Source: Octopus bimaculoides (taxonomy: Eukaryota). Taken from it: a stretch of 64,000 bases of DNA. Both the position numbers and the translations under genes were made by a program. Shown here piece after piece: positions 13,748-25,192 of this stretch. Within the stretch, counting starts at the first letter, position 1. The number at the start of each line of letters is the position of its first letter. The stretch covers positions 53,245,564 to 53,309,563 of the forward strand of contig NC_068993.1 in the NCBI RefSeq assembly GCF_001194135.2, read 5' to 3'. Below the pieces are notes generated by a model. That model was not told the DNA's origin, did no database searches, and saw only the letters and a list, made by a program, of their open reading frames with translations.

Positions 13748-15965
13748 AAAATTGTAACTAAATATCGTAACTTCATTTACGTTGTTATTTCAATGCATAT
13801 GATCTTATCTTTTAGTTTTGGTGTTTAAATAAAAGCATTCTTGACAGAAGTAGTGGTGGATGATGATGATGATGACAAGGAGAAACAGCTTGAAGGTTAA
13901 AAAAGCAACTAAATACATAAATCATAAATACTGTATATGAAATATATCCTTGGTAAAAACAGCTCAGCAGGTTAATGAAACTATCCCTTTAGGCAGGTCC
14001 CTTAACATCTCCACACAACAAAATATCAATGTCCTAAATACTCTAAGTGGTTTACTCATCGCTGCACTGCAGCTGTTTGGACAGAAAAACAAGACTTACA
14101 ATGCCTGGAGAATTTCATTTGCCCACCAAAGCTGCTGGTGGGGTTCACACAATGGTGCCTTTTGCATAAAATCACTATCTGGTGTGCATATTATGCCATC
14201 ATGCATCACACAGCCCTCAAGCTTACAAGTCTTCCAAACTGCAACTGATCCTTTTTTTTTTGTTCCATGCCAAAAGAATATCCAATATTGAGGTGTTATC
14301 TTTCTCTTCCATACAATAATGGCATTATAAGCTGTACACTCATGGAGAGAGCTTCCACTTTCATTGTCAGATTTGATTCTATTTTCACACCCCAGACTTT
14401 GACCAATCACCTCCAAATCTTTCTCCTTCCACCCCAATCAGCTGCCCACCTTAGCCTCTCATTCAATAGGGATATATATACCCTGATATTTGGAAACAGA
14501 ATTTCGTATGTCCCCTAAAGACAGGCAATCCGGCTATCTTTCGTTTTGATGTGAATAACTAACTGTTAACTGAAGCAGATGGTTTTGTTTACATCTAATC
14601 GGCATTTTCTGTGTGCCGACTAAAACCTTGTAGGAGGGAAACAAAGAAAAAAAACCCGTCGTATGTGTGTGTGATTGTCCTTCAACGCTTGACAACCGGC
14701 GTTGGTCTGTTTACGTTGTCGCAAATTAGCAGTTCGGCACGAGAGATCAAAAGAATAAGCACCAAGCTTTAAAAAAAGTACTGGGGTAGATTCATTAGAC
14801 TAAAAATTACTGAAGGTGGTGCACCAGCATAGCGACAATCTATTGATTGAAACAAGTAACAAGATAAAAGATAAAATGTGGGCACTGTCATGGTATTAGC
14901 TGTCAGAAGTGAAAGTAGAAAAATCTGACAAGGAACGTTACTGCTGGTTTGAGTTGATTCTTTGGCTACTGACAGCTAATACTATGACTGGCCGGAGCGA
15001 GCTATCTGTCTGTCTGTCTCTCTCTATCTATCTATCACTCGAAAATTATTGGAACAAATTTGACACCTATATCCATGAGTTTGAAAACACACAGAGTATA
15101 AGGGTACTACTAAAGCAGAGTGGTCCCGAACGCGCAGTCGCGTGTCCGCGCTAGCTAGTCGTGAGTGGTCGATCCTATTATTTTTAAACTTCAAACTTCA
15201 TTTGTTTTCTATTTTGATAAATTCTCTCTGTTGAAAATCGTACGAAATATATGAGAAAGCAATAAAGCAAACATCAGCACTTCAAGAGTGAAAAAATGTT
15301 GGTACTATTCAAGAAGAGTGGTCCCGGTGCGCGCACTCGCGCTAGCTAGTCGATCCTAGCATCAGTTCATGAGGGACATTACAAGTAATTACCTTTTGCG
15401 TAACCCCTACCAAATTGGTAGACTTGGGCACATCGTAGAAACAGATGAATCTATGATGTGCAAATACAACGGAGGATGGGATAGAGAGGATAAAAATAGG
15501 ATTTTACTCTTTAGACCGTTCTTCTGAAACTTCTACCACTTATTAAAGAATTTATCAAACCAGGGACGACTATATATTCTGAGTGTTGGAGTGCGTACAA
15601 TGGGATTACTGAAATAGATAAGACACCAAAATACACCCTGGAAGAACGTAAAACGACGTTTTAAGAGTAAGATGGGGAAGATTCAACAAAAAAAAAAAAA
15701 ATTATTTACTGTGTTTTATTTACTTTGTTTACATGTTTTGCNNNNNNNNNNCAACAAAAAAAAAAAAAATTATTTACTGTGTTTTATTTACTTTGTTTAC
15801 ATGTTTTGCGCATTCGCGCTAGATAGTCGTTGTAGGATCGACTAGTCACGACTAGCTAGCGCGCACCGGGAACACTCTTCTTGAAAAGTACCAAAAAGTT
15901 GATTTTTTTTTGCTTTTCGCTTTAACTGCTTTCTCTTTTTTGACGCTCATATCTCGAAAATAATA

Positions 15966-16089
15966 CAGGGTGTCCACAAAGTCTGGGTACATGGAGTAAA
16001 TAAAATCATAACATAAACAATTAAATGTAAGAAATAATTTCTTAAAGTATGTGTTAATACCCATGTACCCAGACTTTGTGGACACCCTG
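15966..16089. mobile_element. Tc1/mariner MITE
   Basis: Perfect 29-bp TIR cagggtgtccacaaagtctgggtacatgg flanked by TA on both sides. Confidence 0.9.
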
Positions 16090-17246
16090 TAGAATACAAA
16101 GAAAATAACATCACTGTTCTTACTATGACTGAAAGTAAGCAGTAAAAAATTTGCTTCACTTTCCTTTTCTTTCTGTTGACCAATTTATACTAAGAAATGA
16201 AGAAATGCGAAATAAAAGTAAATATGACAACAACGAATCTTGTGAAAATTATCAAGAATCAATTATATATTACACAATATAAATAAATATATATATATAT
16301 ATATATATTTCGTTTTTGGATTTGGTTTGCAAGATTTTTTTATGTGATTTCGTGTGTTGAAGCATATTCTGTTGTGTCTGGGGAGAGTCACGACTATTGA
16401 AAAGGTTGCAAGACGCAACGAAAATTTTAGGAAAATAAAAATAATAAGTGGAAATTTTAACGGGTAGTGTGTTAAATTTCAAGGCACGATAAGAAAATGA
16501 CTCTCCCCAGNNNNNNNNNNNNNNNNNNNNNNNNNNNNNNNNNNNNNNNNNNNNNNNNNNNNNNNNNNNNNNNNNNNNNNNNNNNNNNNNNNNNNNNNNN
16601 NNNNNNNNNNNNNNNNNNNNNNNNNNNNNNNNNNNNNNNNNNNNNNNNNNNNNNNNNNNNNNNNNNNNNNNNNNNNNNNNNNNNNNNNNNNNNNNNNNNN
16701 NNNNNNNNNNNNNNNNNNNNNNNNNNNNNNNNNNNNNNNNNNNNNNNNNNNNNNNNNNNNNNNNNNNNNNNNNNNNNNNNNNNNNNNNNNNNNNNNNNNN
16801 NNNNNNNNNNNNNNNNNNNNNNNNNNNNNNNNNNNNNNNNNNNNNNNNNNNNNNNNNNNNNNNNNNNNNNNNNNNNNNNNNNNNNNNNNNNNNNNNNNNN
16901 NNNNNNNNNNNNNNNNNNNNNNNNNNNNNNNNNNNNNNNNNNNNNNNNNNNNNNNNNNNNNNNNNNNNNNNNNNNNNNNNNNNNNNNNNNNNNNNNNNNN
17001 NNNNNNNNNNNNNNNNNNNNNNNNNNNNNNNNNNNNNNNNNNNNNNNNNNNNNNNNNNNNNNNNNNNNNNNNNNNNNNNNNNNNNNNNNNNNNNNNNNNN
17101 NNNNNNNNNNNNNNNNNNNNNNNNNNNNNNNNNNNNNNNNNNNNNNNNNNNNNNNNNNNNNNNNNNNNNNNNNNNNNNNNNNNNNNNNNNNNNNNNNNNN
17201 NNNNNNNNNNNNNNNNNNNNNNNNNNNNNNNNNNNNNNNNNNNNNN

Positions 17247-17605
17247 GCGGACTCGCGGTCATAGGATCGCGGTTTCGATTCCCAGACCGGGCGTTGTGAG
17301 TATTTATTGAGCGAAAACACCTAAAGTTCCACGAGGCTCCGGCAGGGGATGGTGGCGAACCCTGCTGTACTCTTTCACTACAACTTTCTCTCACTCTTAC
17401 TTCCTGTTTCTGTTGTGCCTGTGATTCAAAGGGTCAGCCTTGTCACACTCTGTGTCACACTGAATATCCCCGAGAACTACGTTAAGGGTACATGTGTCTG
17501 TGGAGTGCTCATTCACATGCACGTTAATTTCACGAGCAGGCTGTTCCGTTGATTGGATCAACTGGAACCCTCGACATCGTAAGCGACGGAATGCCAACAA
17601 CAACA
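17247..17605 (+). mobile_element. tRNA-derived SINE family 3 (5' end in gap)
   Basis: Near-identical to the copies at 28072-28458 and 60751-61134. Confidence 0.85.
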
Positions 17606-18939
17606 ATTAGATTTGTATGAAATAAGAATCGAAACTGCGTTTGTGTAATGATATTAAAATATTATTCTTTAATGCAAGGCGGCGATCTCGCAGAATCGTT
17701 AGCGCGCTTGACGAAATGCTTGCCGGTGTTTCGCTCGTTGCTCCGTTCTGAGTTCAAATTCCGCTGAGGTCGACTTTGCCTTTTCATCCTTTCGGAGTCG
17801 ATAGATGTAATCGACTAGTTCTCTCCCCCAAATTCCGAGCCTTGTTCCTATTATTGTTTAATGCGAAACATTGTGAAAAAGAATAATTGTGCTTGAGAAA
17901 GCCACAACCATGTAGTTTGGGAAATGAGTGAGTTTGATTTTAAAATACAGATATCTATTACTCGTTCCAGAGATACAATTGACTGAATTTTTATACAATG
18001 GATAATTCTTATACAGAAATTTGCTCAAGATGCTACGCTTTAGGATCGAACGCAGGACTTCATCCACCACAACAATATTTACTAAAAGAATATTTACAAA
18101 AAGAAATAAAGAAAAATCAAACGGCATTGCAAGGGAAACAGCTCCCTTGAGTCTTCGCTATACTCCGAGAGTTACTTCCCTTAGACCGTCAACTCTTATT
18201 TAGCTAACATTATTTTTTTGTTGTTGCTTTCAAAACTTGTCCTCAAGCAGCAACGGTGTTTTGAAAGGTACTACATCCATACACTTTATGGAGTATGCAC
18301 CCGGCGATGCTTTTTACCTTCTGGAAAAATGAGAAAATGAAACGCCTTATAAAATGTTGGTGTATGCCAGAGAGGTCAATGTTTCCATAAGTGCATCTTT
18401 CTTGGAGGAACCCAAGAAAGCTAATCTCAAGTTGTCAAGCAATATAGGGACAACAAATGCACACACATACATGGGCAAATAACACGCGCGTGTGTGTGTG
18501 TTTGTGTATGCCATTTCCCTTTGGTAATCCATCGTTTTTGATCTCGGAAAAGTGAAATTATTCGGCAAATTCCGTAAAACATTTTTATTGTTTTACTTCC
18601 TTTTTCAGCTCTAACATTTTCTCTCTCTCTCTCTCTCTCTGTCTGTCTCTCTCTCTCTCCCCCCACACACTCAGAAATATACATACATGCACATATATAC
18701 ACAAAAATACTTAAATATAAGCGATTCGTGAAAGCATAAAACATGTATATGTATGTGTGTCACTGATCAAGTCGCTCTTGCAAATGAAAGACAAGGAATG
18801 TGTGTGTGTGCGACCGTGTTTTTCACTGTTCAGCTGCAAAATATAAACATTAAAGAAATAAGTTTTATACGGAACTTGCCGAACAAATACACTTTTCCGA
18901 GACCTAAAATGATGCATTGCTAGTCTTTTTTTCTTGTTA

Positions 18940-19577
18940 GGAATTTCAGTGTTTGTATATATAATATAGGAATAATAATGCAGTATATGGGGATCGGACA
19001 ATAAGTGTAAGCCAGTGTCAATGGTGGTTCCAGTAATTCCAAGCCAGAAATTACAGCCTAGAAGACGAGTCTCATCCTGGAAAATTTGTAAAGCCTGGCG
19101 AGGACGTTCTGCAAACTCTGGTAGAACAAAATCCCATCGTAACTGTTGATGAACTTACAGAGAAGCTTGGATTTGGTTATTCAACCACTCATTCAAGTCA
19201 GTGCTATAAGAAAAATGAACAACTTTGGTTTCAAGATGAAAAGTGTTCTTCCGAGGATGACAGTTTGAATGGGAAACGATACCCCAACCACCATATTCGC
19301 CAGACATTAACCCATTTGCTTCTCATTTATTGTGCAATCATCAAAGTCATTTGGACAGAAAAAATATGAATATGTAGACGAGGTCAGAACAGTACTGGAG
19401 GAGTATACATAAATATAAGTGAATTTTGGAAGAGGAGCCTCGCAAGTCTACCAGATGGCTGGAAGAGCGTTGTAGAAAATAGTGTATATTTTAGATTAAA
19501 AAGGAACTTTGTTTATCTTAATTTTGAAAAATAAAAGAAATATAAAAAAACCTCATTATTTAGAGAATGATCCAATA
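18940..19577 (+). mobile_element. Deleted mariner element, family B
   Basis: HTH region homologous to 58820-59187 and 62673-63030; ends in TIR-like cattatttagagaatgatccaata. Confidence 0.7.
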
Positions 19578-19582
19578 TTTAT

Positions 19583-19980
19583 TCTTTTATTTGTTTCAGT
19601 CATTTGACTGTGGCCATGTTGGAGCACCATCTTTGGTCGAATAAATCAACCCCAGGACTTATTATTTGTAAGCCTAGCACTTATTCTAGTAGTTTCTTTT
19701 GCCGAACCGATAAGTTACGGGGACGTAAACACACCAGCATCAGTTCTCAAGCGATGGTGGGGGACAAACACAGACACATAAACATATACGCACACACACA
19801 CACACACATATATGTATGTCGGGCTTCTTTCAGTTTCCGTCTACCAAATCCACTCGCAAGGCTTTGGTCGGCCCGAGGCTATAGTAGAAGACACTTGCCC
19901 AAGGTATCATGCAGTGGGATTGAACCCAGAGCCATGTGGTTGGTAAGCATGCTTCTTACCGCACAGCCACTCCTGCACCT
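19583..19980 (-). mobile_element. tRNA-derived SINE family 2, near full length
   Basis: Minus strand: A-box gtggctgtgcggtaag, B-box ggttcaatccc, ccttgggcaagtgtc core, CA microsatellite, 3' body. Confidence 0.8.
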
Positions 19981-20720
19981 CTTTCTGTCACTCCTGCACC
20001 TCTTTCTGTCTCTCCTTAGATATATATTTATAGATTCAAGGTGAATATGGTACTTAAGTTTAGGCACCAGAATTAAGTATGGTATTATCCAAACAATTCC
20101 AAAATAAGGTGATTAAAATCAAAATAAGCAATAAGGATATTCAAAGTTAACGCAGTATGCGACTCCATTTATTTAAGCAATGTGAACATTACATTAAATG
20201 TAAAATGCAGAGCAATCCTCAGCTGCACAAAAATATAGAAATTTACTGAAATTTCATTTCAACAGGACATATTTTTGTAACTACATTTAAACTCTCTAAG
20301 TGGAAAGGATTATTATTAGTGTTATTAAAGCAGTAACCTGTGGGTTTATGTCAACTGCCTGCTGTCACATGTGGGACAGATCCAGCTATCAGTGGCATGA
20401 TCCTCCTAAGCCAACCACTTTACAGAGTGTAATGGGTGTTTTTAATATGGCACCAGCACTGGTGGGGTCACCAAATAACTTTCAAGACCAAGACCCTTGA
20501 GCGGGGAAAGGTTAAAGTATAAAAGAGGAATAAAGGTGTCTTGTTGTGGAGGGCATATACACATGGTAACCCATTTAGGGAAGAAAAGCAAGAAAGGGAA
20601 AAAGAGAAAGCCAGATAGGAAGATAGGGAGACATGGCAACCCCTGTTGGGAAAGAAAGGTAAGAAAGAGAGAATGGAGGATAAAGTGAAGTTTATATACC
20701 CAACATGTTTGAATAGTTTA

Positions 20721-21977
20721 TATTGGGTTGAATAAAAAGTAAGCAATGTTTTGAACCATGAAGAATTTATACTGGATTTTTGCAGAGAAAATAAATTTTT
20801 TAAAGCATTTTTTTTTTTGCTATTGTCTGATAATACAGACATAGACTTACCCAAATGCATCAATAAATTAACATTGATATTTTTTTCACTGTTGTTACAA
20901 CCATCTGAAATGGAACTATCAAAGTGCAATATTTGAGCAATTTCGCTATTCAACTTCAATAAAGGATGTAAAACAGCTGAAACTGCTCGCAATATCAATG
21001 AAACGTTTGGTGAGAAAATGACCAGTGAGTGGTCGGCTCGAAAATGGTTTAAATGATTTTACAGTGGAAACCTGAGCCCTTGAAGATCATGAGCATAGTG
21101 GACTCCCATCTGTCATTGATGATGGTCATTTAAAGACCGTCATTGAGAAAGATCCATGTAAAACCACTCGAGAACTGGTAAAAGAACTTCCAGTTAGCCA
21201 GAAAACTGCCTGCAATCATTTACTTGTGATCGGAAAATCAAAAAAGCCCGACAAATGGGTACCACACTATTTGCATGAAAATCAGAAAATGTGCAGATAT
21301 GAAATTTTTCTCATCACTTCTCTGTAATGAGACTGATCCATTTTTCAGCTGTATTGTAACTTGTGAAGAAAAGTGGATTCTGTACAATAATAAAAAATGT
21401 TCTTTGCAGTGATTGGACCAAAATGAAGCACTGAAAACCTTCCTTAAACCCGAGCTCTTCAAAAAGATTATGGCAACTGTTTGGTGATTACTGCGGGATT
21501 CATTCACTATAACTTCTGAAAACCCAGAAAAACCATTACTGCAGAAACATATTGCCATGAAATTGCCAAAATGAACAAAAAACTGCTACTCCTTCATCCT
21601 AGATTAGTCAACAGAAGAGGGCCAGTCATTCTTCATGACAATTCTCAACGCCATGTTCCACTAATGATGCTCTAGAAGTTGAGGGAACTTGGCTACGAAG
21701 TTCTTCCCCACCCAGCTTATTTCCCAAACCTTTCTCCTATTGACTACCACTTTTTCAAGCACCTTGATGGCTTCCTGCAAGAGGAGTTCAAAAATCAAAC
21801 TGATGCTGAAAGTATGTTCAAAGACTTCATCAACTGGAATAAACAAACTTGTAATTCTACAAAAATGTATTGATTGTAATGGTACTTACTTCGATGAATA
21901 AAATTTTCACTTTGTTGAAATATATTGTGATGAATTTCATGTTTCAAAACGTTGCTTACTTTTTACTCAGCCTGGTA
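20721..21977 (+). mobile_element. Near full-length degenerate mariner transposon, family A
   Basis: TIRs (aaaaagtaagcaatgttttgaa / ttcaaaacgttgcttacttttt); transposase from ATG 20910 with KWVPHYL, LHDN and HPAYFPNLSPIDYH motifs, broken by stops and frameshifts. Confidence 0.92.
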
Positions 21978-22099
21978 GTTCACCTTGCATTATATCAGCT
22001 AACAATAAGCTAAACTACTTTCAAACTTCAAATTCACTACATGCTTTTTAAATGATTGTTCTATTGTTTCCATATTTTGTAATTTATATGTAAATGGTG

Positions 22100-22760
22100 C
22101 CAAGCCTGATGTGTAGATAAATACTGTTTGCTGTTCTGTGTGATTGAAATCTGTATCGCTGGCTTCATTGTCAGTTCTTCTGAACGAGAACTTCTTGTAA
22201 ACAGCATTCTTTGTGGAATGTTTCTTGTTTGATATATATATATGTTCAATCTTAGAAACTCTGTGTCCACTATAGAGAAGGCAACATATTGTTGTCCTTG
22301 TGTGAATACAGACTTTGATAAATATAAAGGAAGTTTAAAAAATGTTTGTCCTTGTCTTTTATTAATTGCCATTGCCATTGCTAATTTAATAAGAAACTCT
22401 TGTCTAATTGATATAAATGGTATCTCTTCTGCTATTGAAGAAAGGGTAACTTTTGATATAAATATAGTTTTCATGTGATGTGGACCTTCAGTTATAATTT
22501 TTGCCTTAATGACTTTTTCCTGTCTTGAATGTACCATTACAAATGCCATAAGCTTGGTCAATTGTATTTAAGAGAATAATTACTGCATTAGTCTTTCATT
22601 TTAATATGTGTGATGTGAACCCGAAATATTTAGCATATTCAAGTATTTTGTAGTGGATTCTGAAGGGTCATCCTGATGCAAGCATTGATTGTCATTAAAG
22701 AGAACCTTTTCATCTGGAAAAAGTATCAATATTTCCTCATTGATCAACATCAGGCGTTCC
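22100..22760 (-). mobile_element. Helitron PIF1-like helicase C-terminal remnant
   Basis: IPFISIRQEFLIKLAMAMAINKRQGQTF...VFTQGQQYVAFSIV matches the Helitron consensus RRQFPIRLAFAMTINKSQGQT...FSHGQLYVALSRV. Confidence 0.85.
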
Positions 22761-23300
22761 CCCAAGTGGTCAGTAAGTTCATGCAAAGGTGGTCAGGCAT
22801 TCCCCCAAATTTTAGTTCAGTGGTCAGTAAGTTCATGCAAAGGTGGTCAGGCATTCCCCCAAATTTTAGTTCAGTGGTCAGTAAGTTCATGCAAAGGTGG
22901 TCAGGCATTCCCCACNNNNNNNNNNNNNNNNNNNNNNNNNNNNNNNNNNNNNNNNNNNNNNNNNNNNNNNNNNNNNNNNNNNNNNNNNNNNNNNNNNNNN
23001 NNNNNNNNNNNNNNNNNNNNNNNNNNNNNNNNNNNNNNNNNNNNNNNNNNNNNNNNNNNNNNNNNNNNNNNNNNNNNNNNNNNNNNNNNNNNNNNNNNNN
23101 NNNNNNNNNNNNNNNNNNNNNNNNNNNNNNNNNNNNNNNNNNNNNAAGTGGTCAGTAAGTTCATGCAAAGGTGGTCAGGCATTCCCCCAAATTTTAGTTC
23201 AGTGGTCAGTAAGTTCATGCAAAGGTGGTCAGGCATTCCCCCAAATTTTAGTTCAGTGGTCAGTAAGTTCATGCAAAGGTGGTCAGGCATTCCCCACAAA
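22743..23300. repeat. 54-bp minisatellite
   Basis: Unit agtggtcagtaagttcatgcaaaggtggtcaggcattcccccaaattttagttc at 22765, 22819, 22873 and again after the gap. Confidence 0.95.
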
Positions 23301-24886
23301 TTTCGGTACCAAAAATTGCAAAAAGGAAATCTGTTTTTGGCGCTGAAATGTTTCATTTTTGTGTGGGGAGAGAGAGAGAGAGAGAGAGTGACGAAGTTTA
23401 CCTAAGCATTGAATGGGTAACAACCTATCATGATTATATATCATCATCATCATCACCATCATCGTTTAACATCTACTTTTCTAATTGGCATGGGTTGGTC
23501 GGTTTGACTGAGGATTGGCAAGCCAGGAAAATCTATTCGGAATTATTATACATATAATATCCAGTGATTTTAAGAGGTAGGAAAAAGATAGTTTGTTAAT
23601 ATTTTCCTTTTACTCTATTTCACGTGTTTTCTTAAAGATGAATTTATTGTCTATCTCTCCAGACTTCATTACCACTAACTTCAATAACCTCTTTCAAACT
23701 TCTTTGAATTTTCAATCTAATGTAATCCACACTTTCTCGAAAACATATTTCTGCAAAATGTGATCTAAAATTATGAGTAAAGAAAGAAATAGGAAAAAGT
23801 ATTTGAAAATGGGGGTGGGGGTGAAATTTCCAAGGGTTCCACCTCAGCCCACCCCGTTTTCNNNNNNNNNNNNNNNNNNNNNNNNNNNNNNNNNNNNNNN
23901 NNNNNNNNNNNNNNNNNNNNNNNNNNNNNNNNNNNNNNNNNNNNNNNNNNNNNNNNNNNNNNNNNNNNNNNNNNNNNNNNNNNNNNNNNNNNNNNNNNNN
24001 NNNNNNNNNNNNNNNNNNNNNNNNNNNNNNNNNNNNNNNNNNNNNNNNNNNNNNNNNNNNNNNNNNNNNNNNNNNNNNNNNNNNNNNNNNNNNNNNNNNN
24101 NNNNNNNNNNNNNNNNNNNNNNNNNNNNNNNNNNNNNNNNNNNNNNNNNNNNNNNNNNNNNNNNNNNNNNNNNNNNNNNNNNNNNNNNNNNNNNNNNNNN
24201 NNNNNNNNNNNNNNNNNNNNNNAATTTTTGCATGGAATCAAGTACCCTGACCTCCTAATATGCTGCAAATCCCTTATTGTGTTTCGAAAGGTGGGGGGCG
24301 CCCCCATCCCAGAATCACTGGAAATTTTTTTTTCATTGAATGAATTCCTGTGACCTAATATGCTACAAAACCTTTTTGGGGCCCGAAAAGTGGGGTGAGG
24401 TGGAAGCCTTGGAAATTTCACCCTCCACCCCCAGCGATCTTTTCACCCCACCTTTTTTCCGAACTAAAATAAGGGATTTGCAGCATATTAGGTCAGAGTA
24501 CTTGATTCCACTTTAAAAATCCGATTTTTGTTTTCTTAGTGAAAATCGTGCAAAGCTGTGAAGGAAACAGAGACACTGGAAAAACCAGATTTGAGATTTC
24601 CCACCAGGTAAAGGAAACGAAATAGGACATAGTTGACGAGATCCTAGTCAAGAGATAGCATGTGGCCTCATTATGCAACGAAGTTACCAACTGCAGTTTT
24701 CCAGCTGGATCAGAGTGCTATTTCCAGAGAAGTTAGGTGTGGAACCCAGATGACAGAAAAAAGCCAACAAGGAGATAGGCACGACAGCTGAAACTAGCCC
24801 AAAGTGGCTATAGTTGATGGAAGAAGGCAAGTGGAACCCTTCTTTGGTCTTTATATCACCCATACATGATTATATCCATACTATCC

Positions 24887-24920
<34 letters not shown>

Positions 24921-25183
24921 ATGAATGCACAAACTGGGAATTTCCAAGTCACACATATATATAGATATGACAGCCAGACGAAAAATGAAATAAAAAATAA
25001 ATTAAACATGCTTCTTTTATTCAGTTCAATATACATCGTGACATTATCTAAAAGCTTTTGTACTTTGAAATAGTGAAAAAGAAATAACGATAAAAAGGAG
25101 GGCAGATAGAAGGAAGTAGTTATCAAGTTTCATTATTTAAACACGGTTTTACTTCAAGAATTCAAATATTCAAGCTACACGCG

Positions 25184-25192
25184 ATGATAAAA
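25184..25192 (+). CDS. Candidate first coding exon (ATG ATA AAA, MIK)
   Basis: gcgATGATAAAA|gtaagt; the phase-0 donor fits the next exon and supplies a start codon and basic n-region for the signal peptide. Only 9 coding nt, so uncertain. Confidence 0.5.

Noticed and set aside
13950-14520. Cluster of 80-113 aa ORFs downstream of ARMC3
   Set aside because: No splice support; at best a very decayed LINE endonuclease fragment on the minus strand, too weak to call.
15682-15810. About 60-bp direct duplication
   Set aside because: The copies flank a 10-N gap, a typical unmerged contig overlap artefact.
16270-17394. Long ORFs in the track (also 42652-43530, 26053-26796, 51117-51858, 23771-24421, 2812-3411)
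   Set aside because: They are mostly translated N-gaps (X runs) plus microsatellite, not genes.
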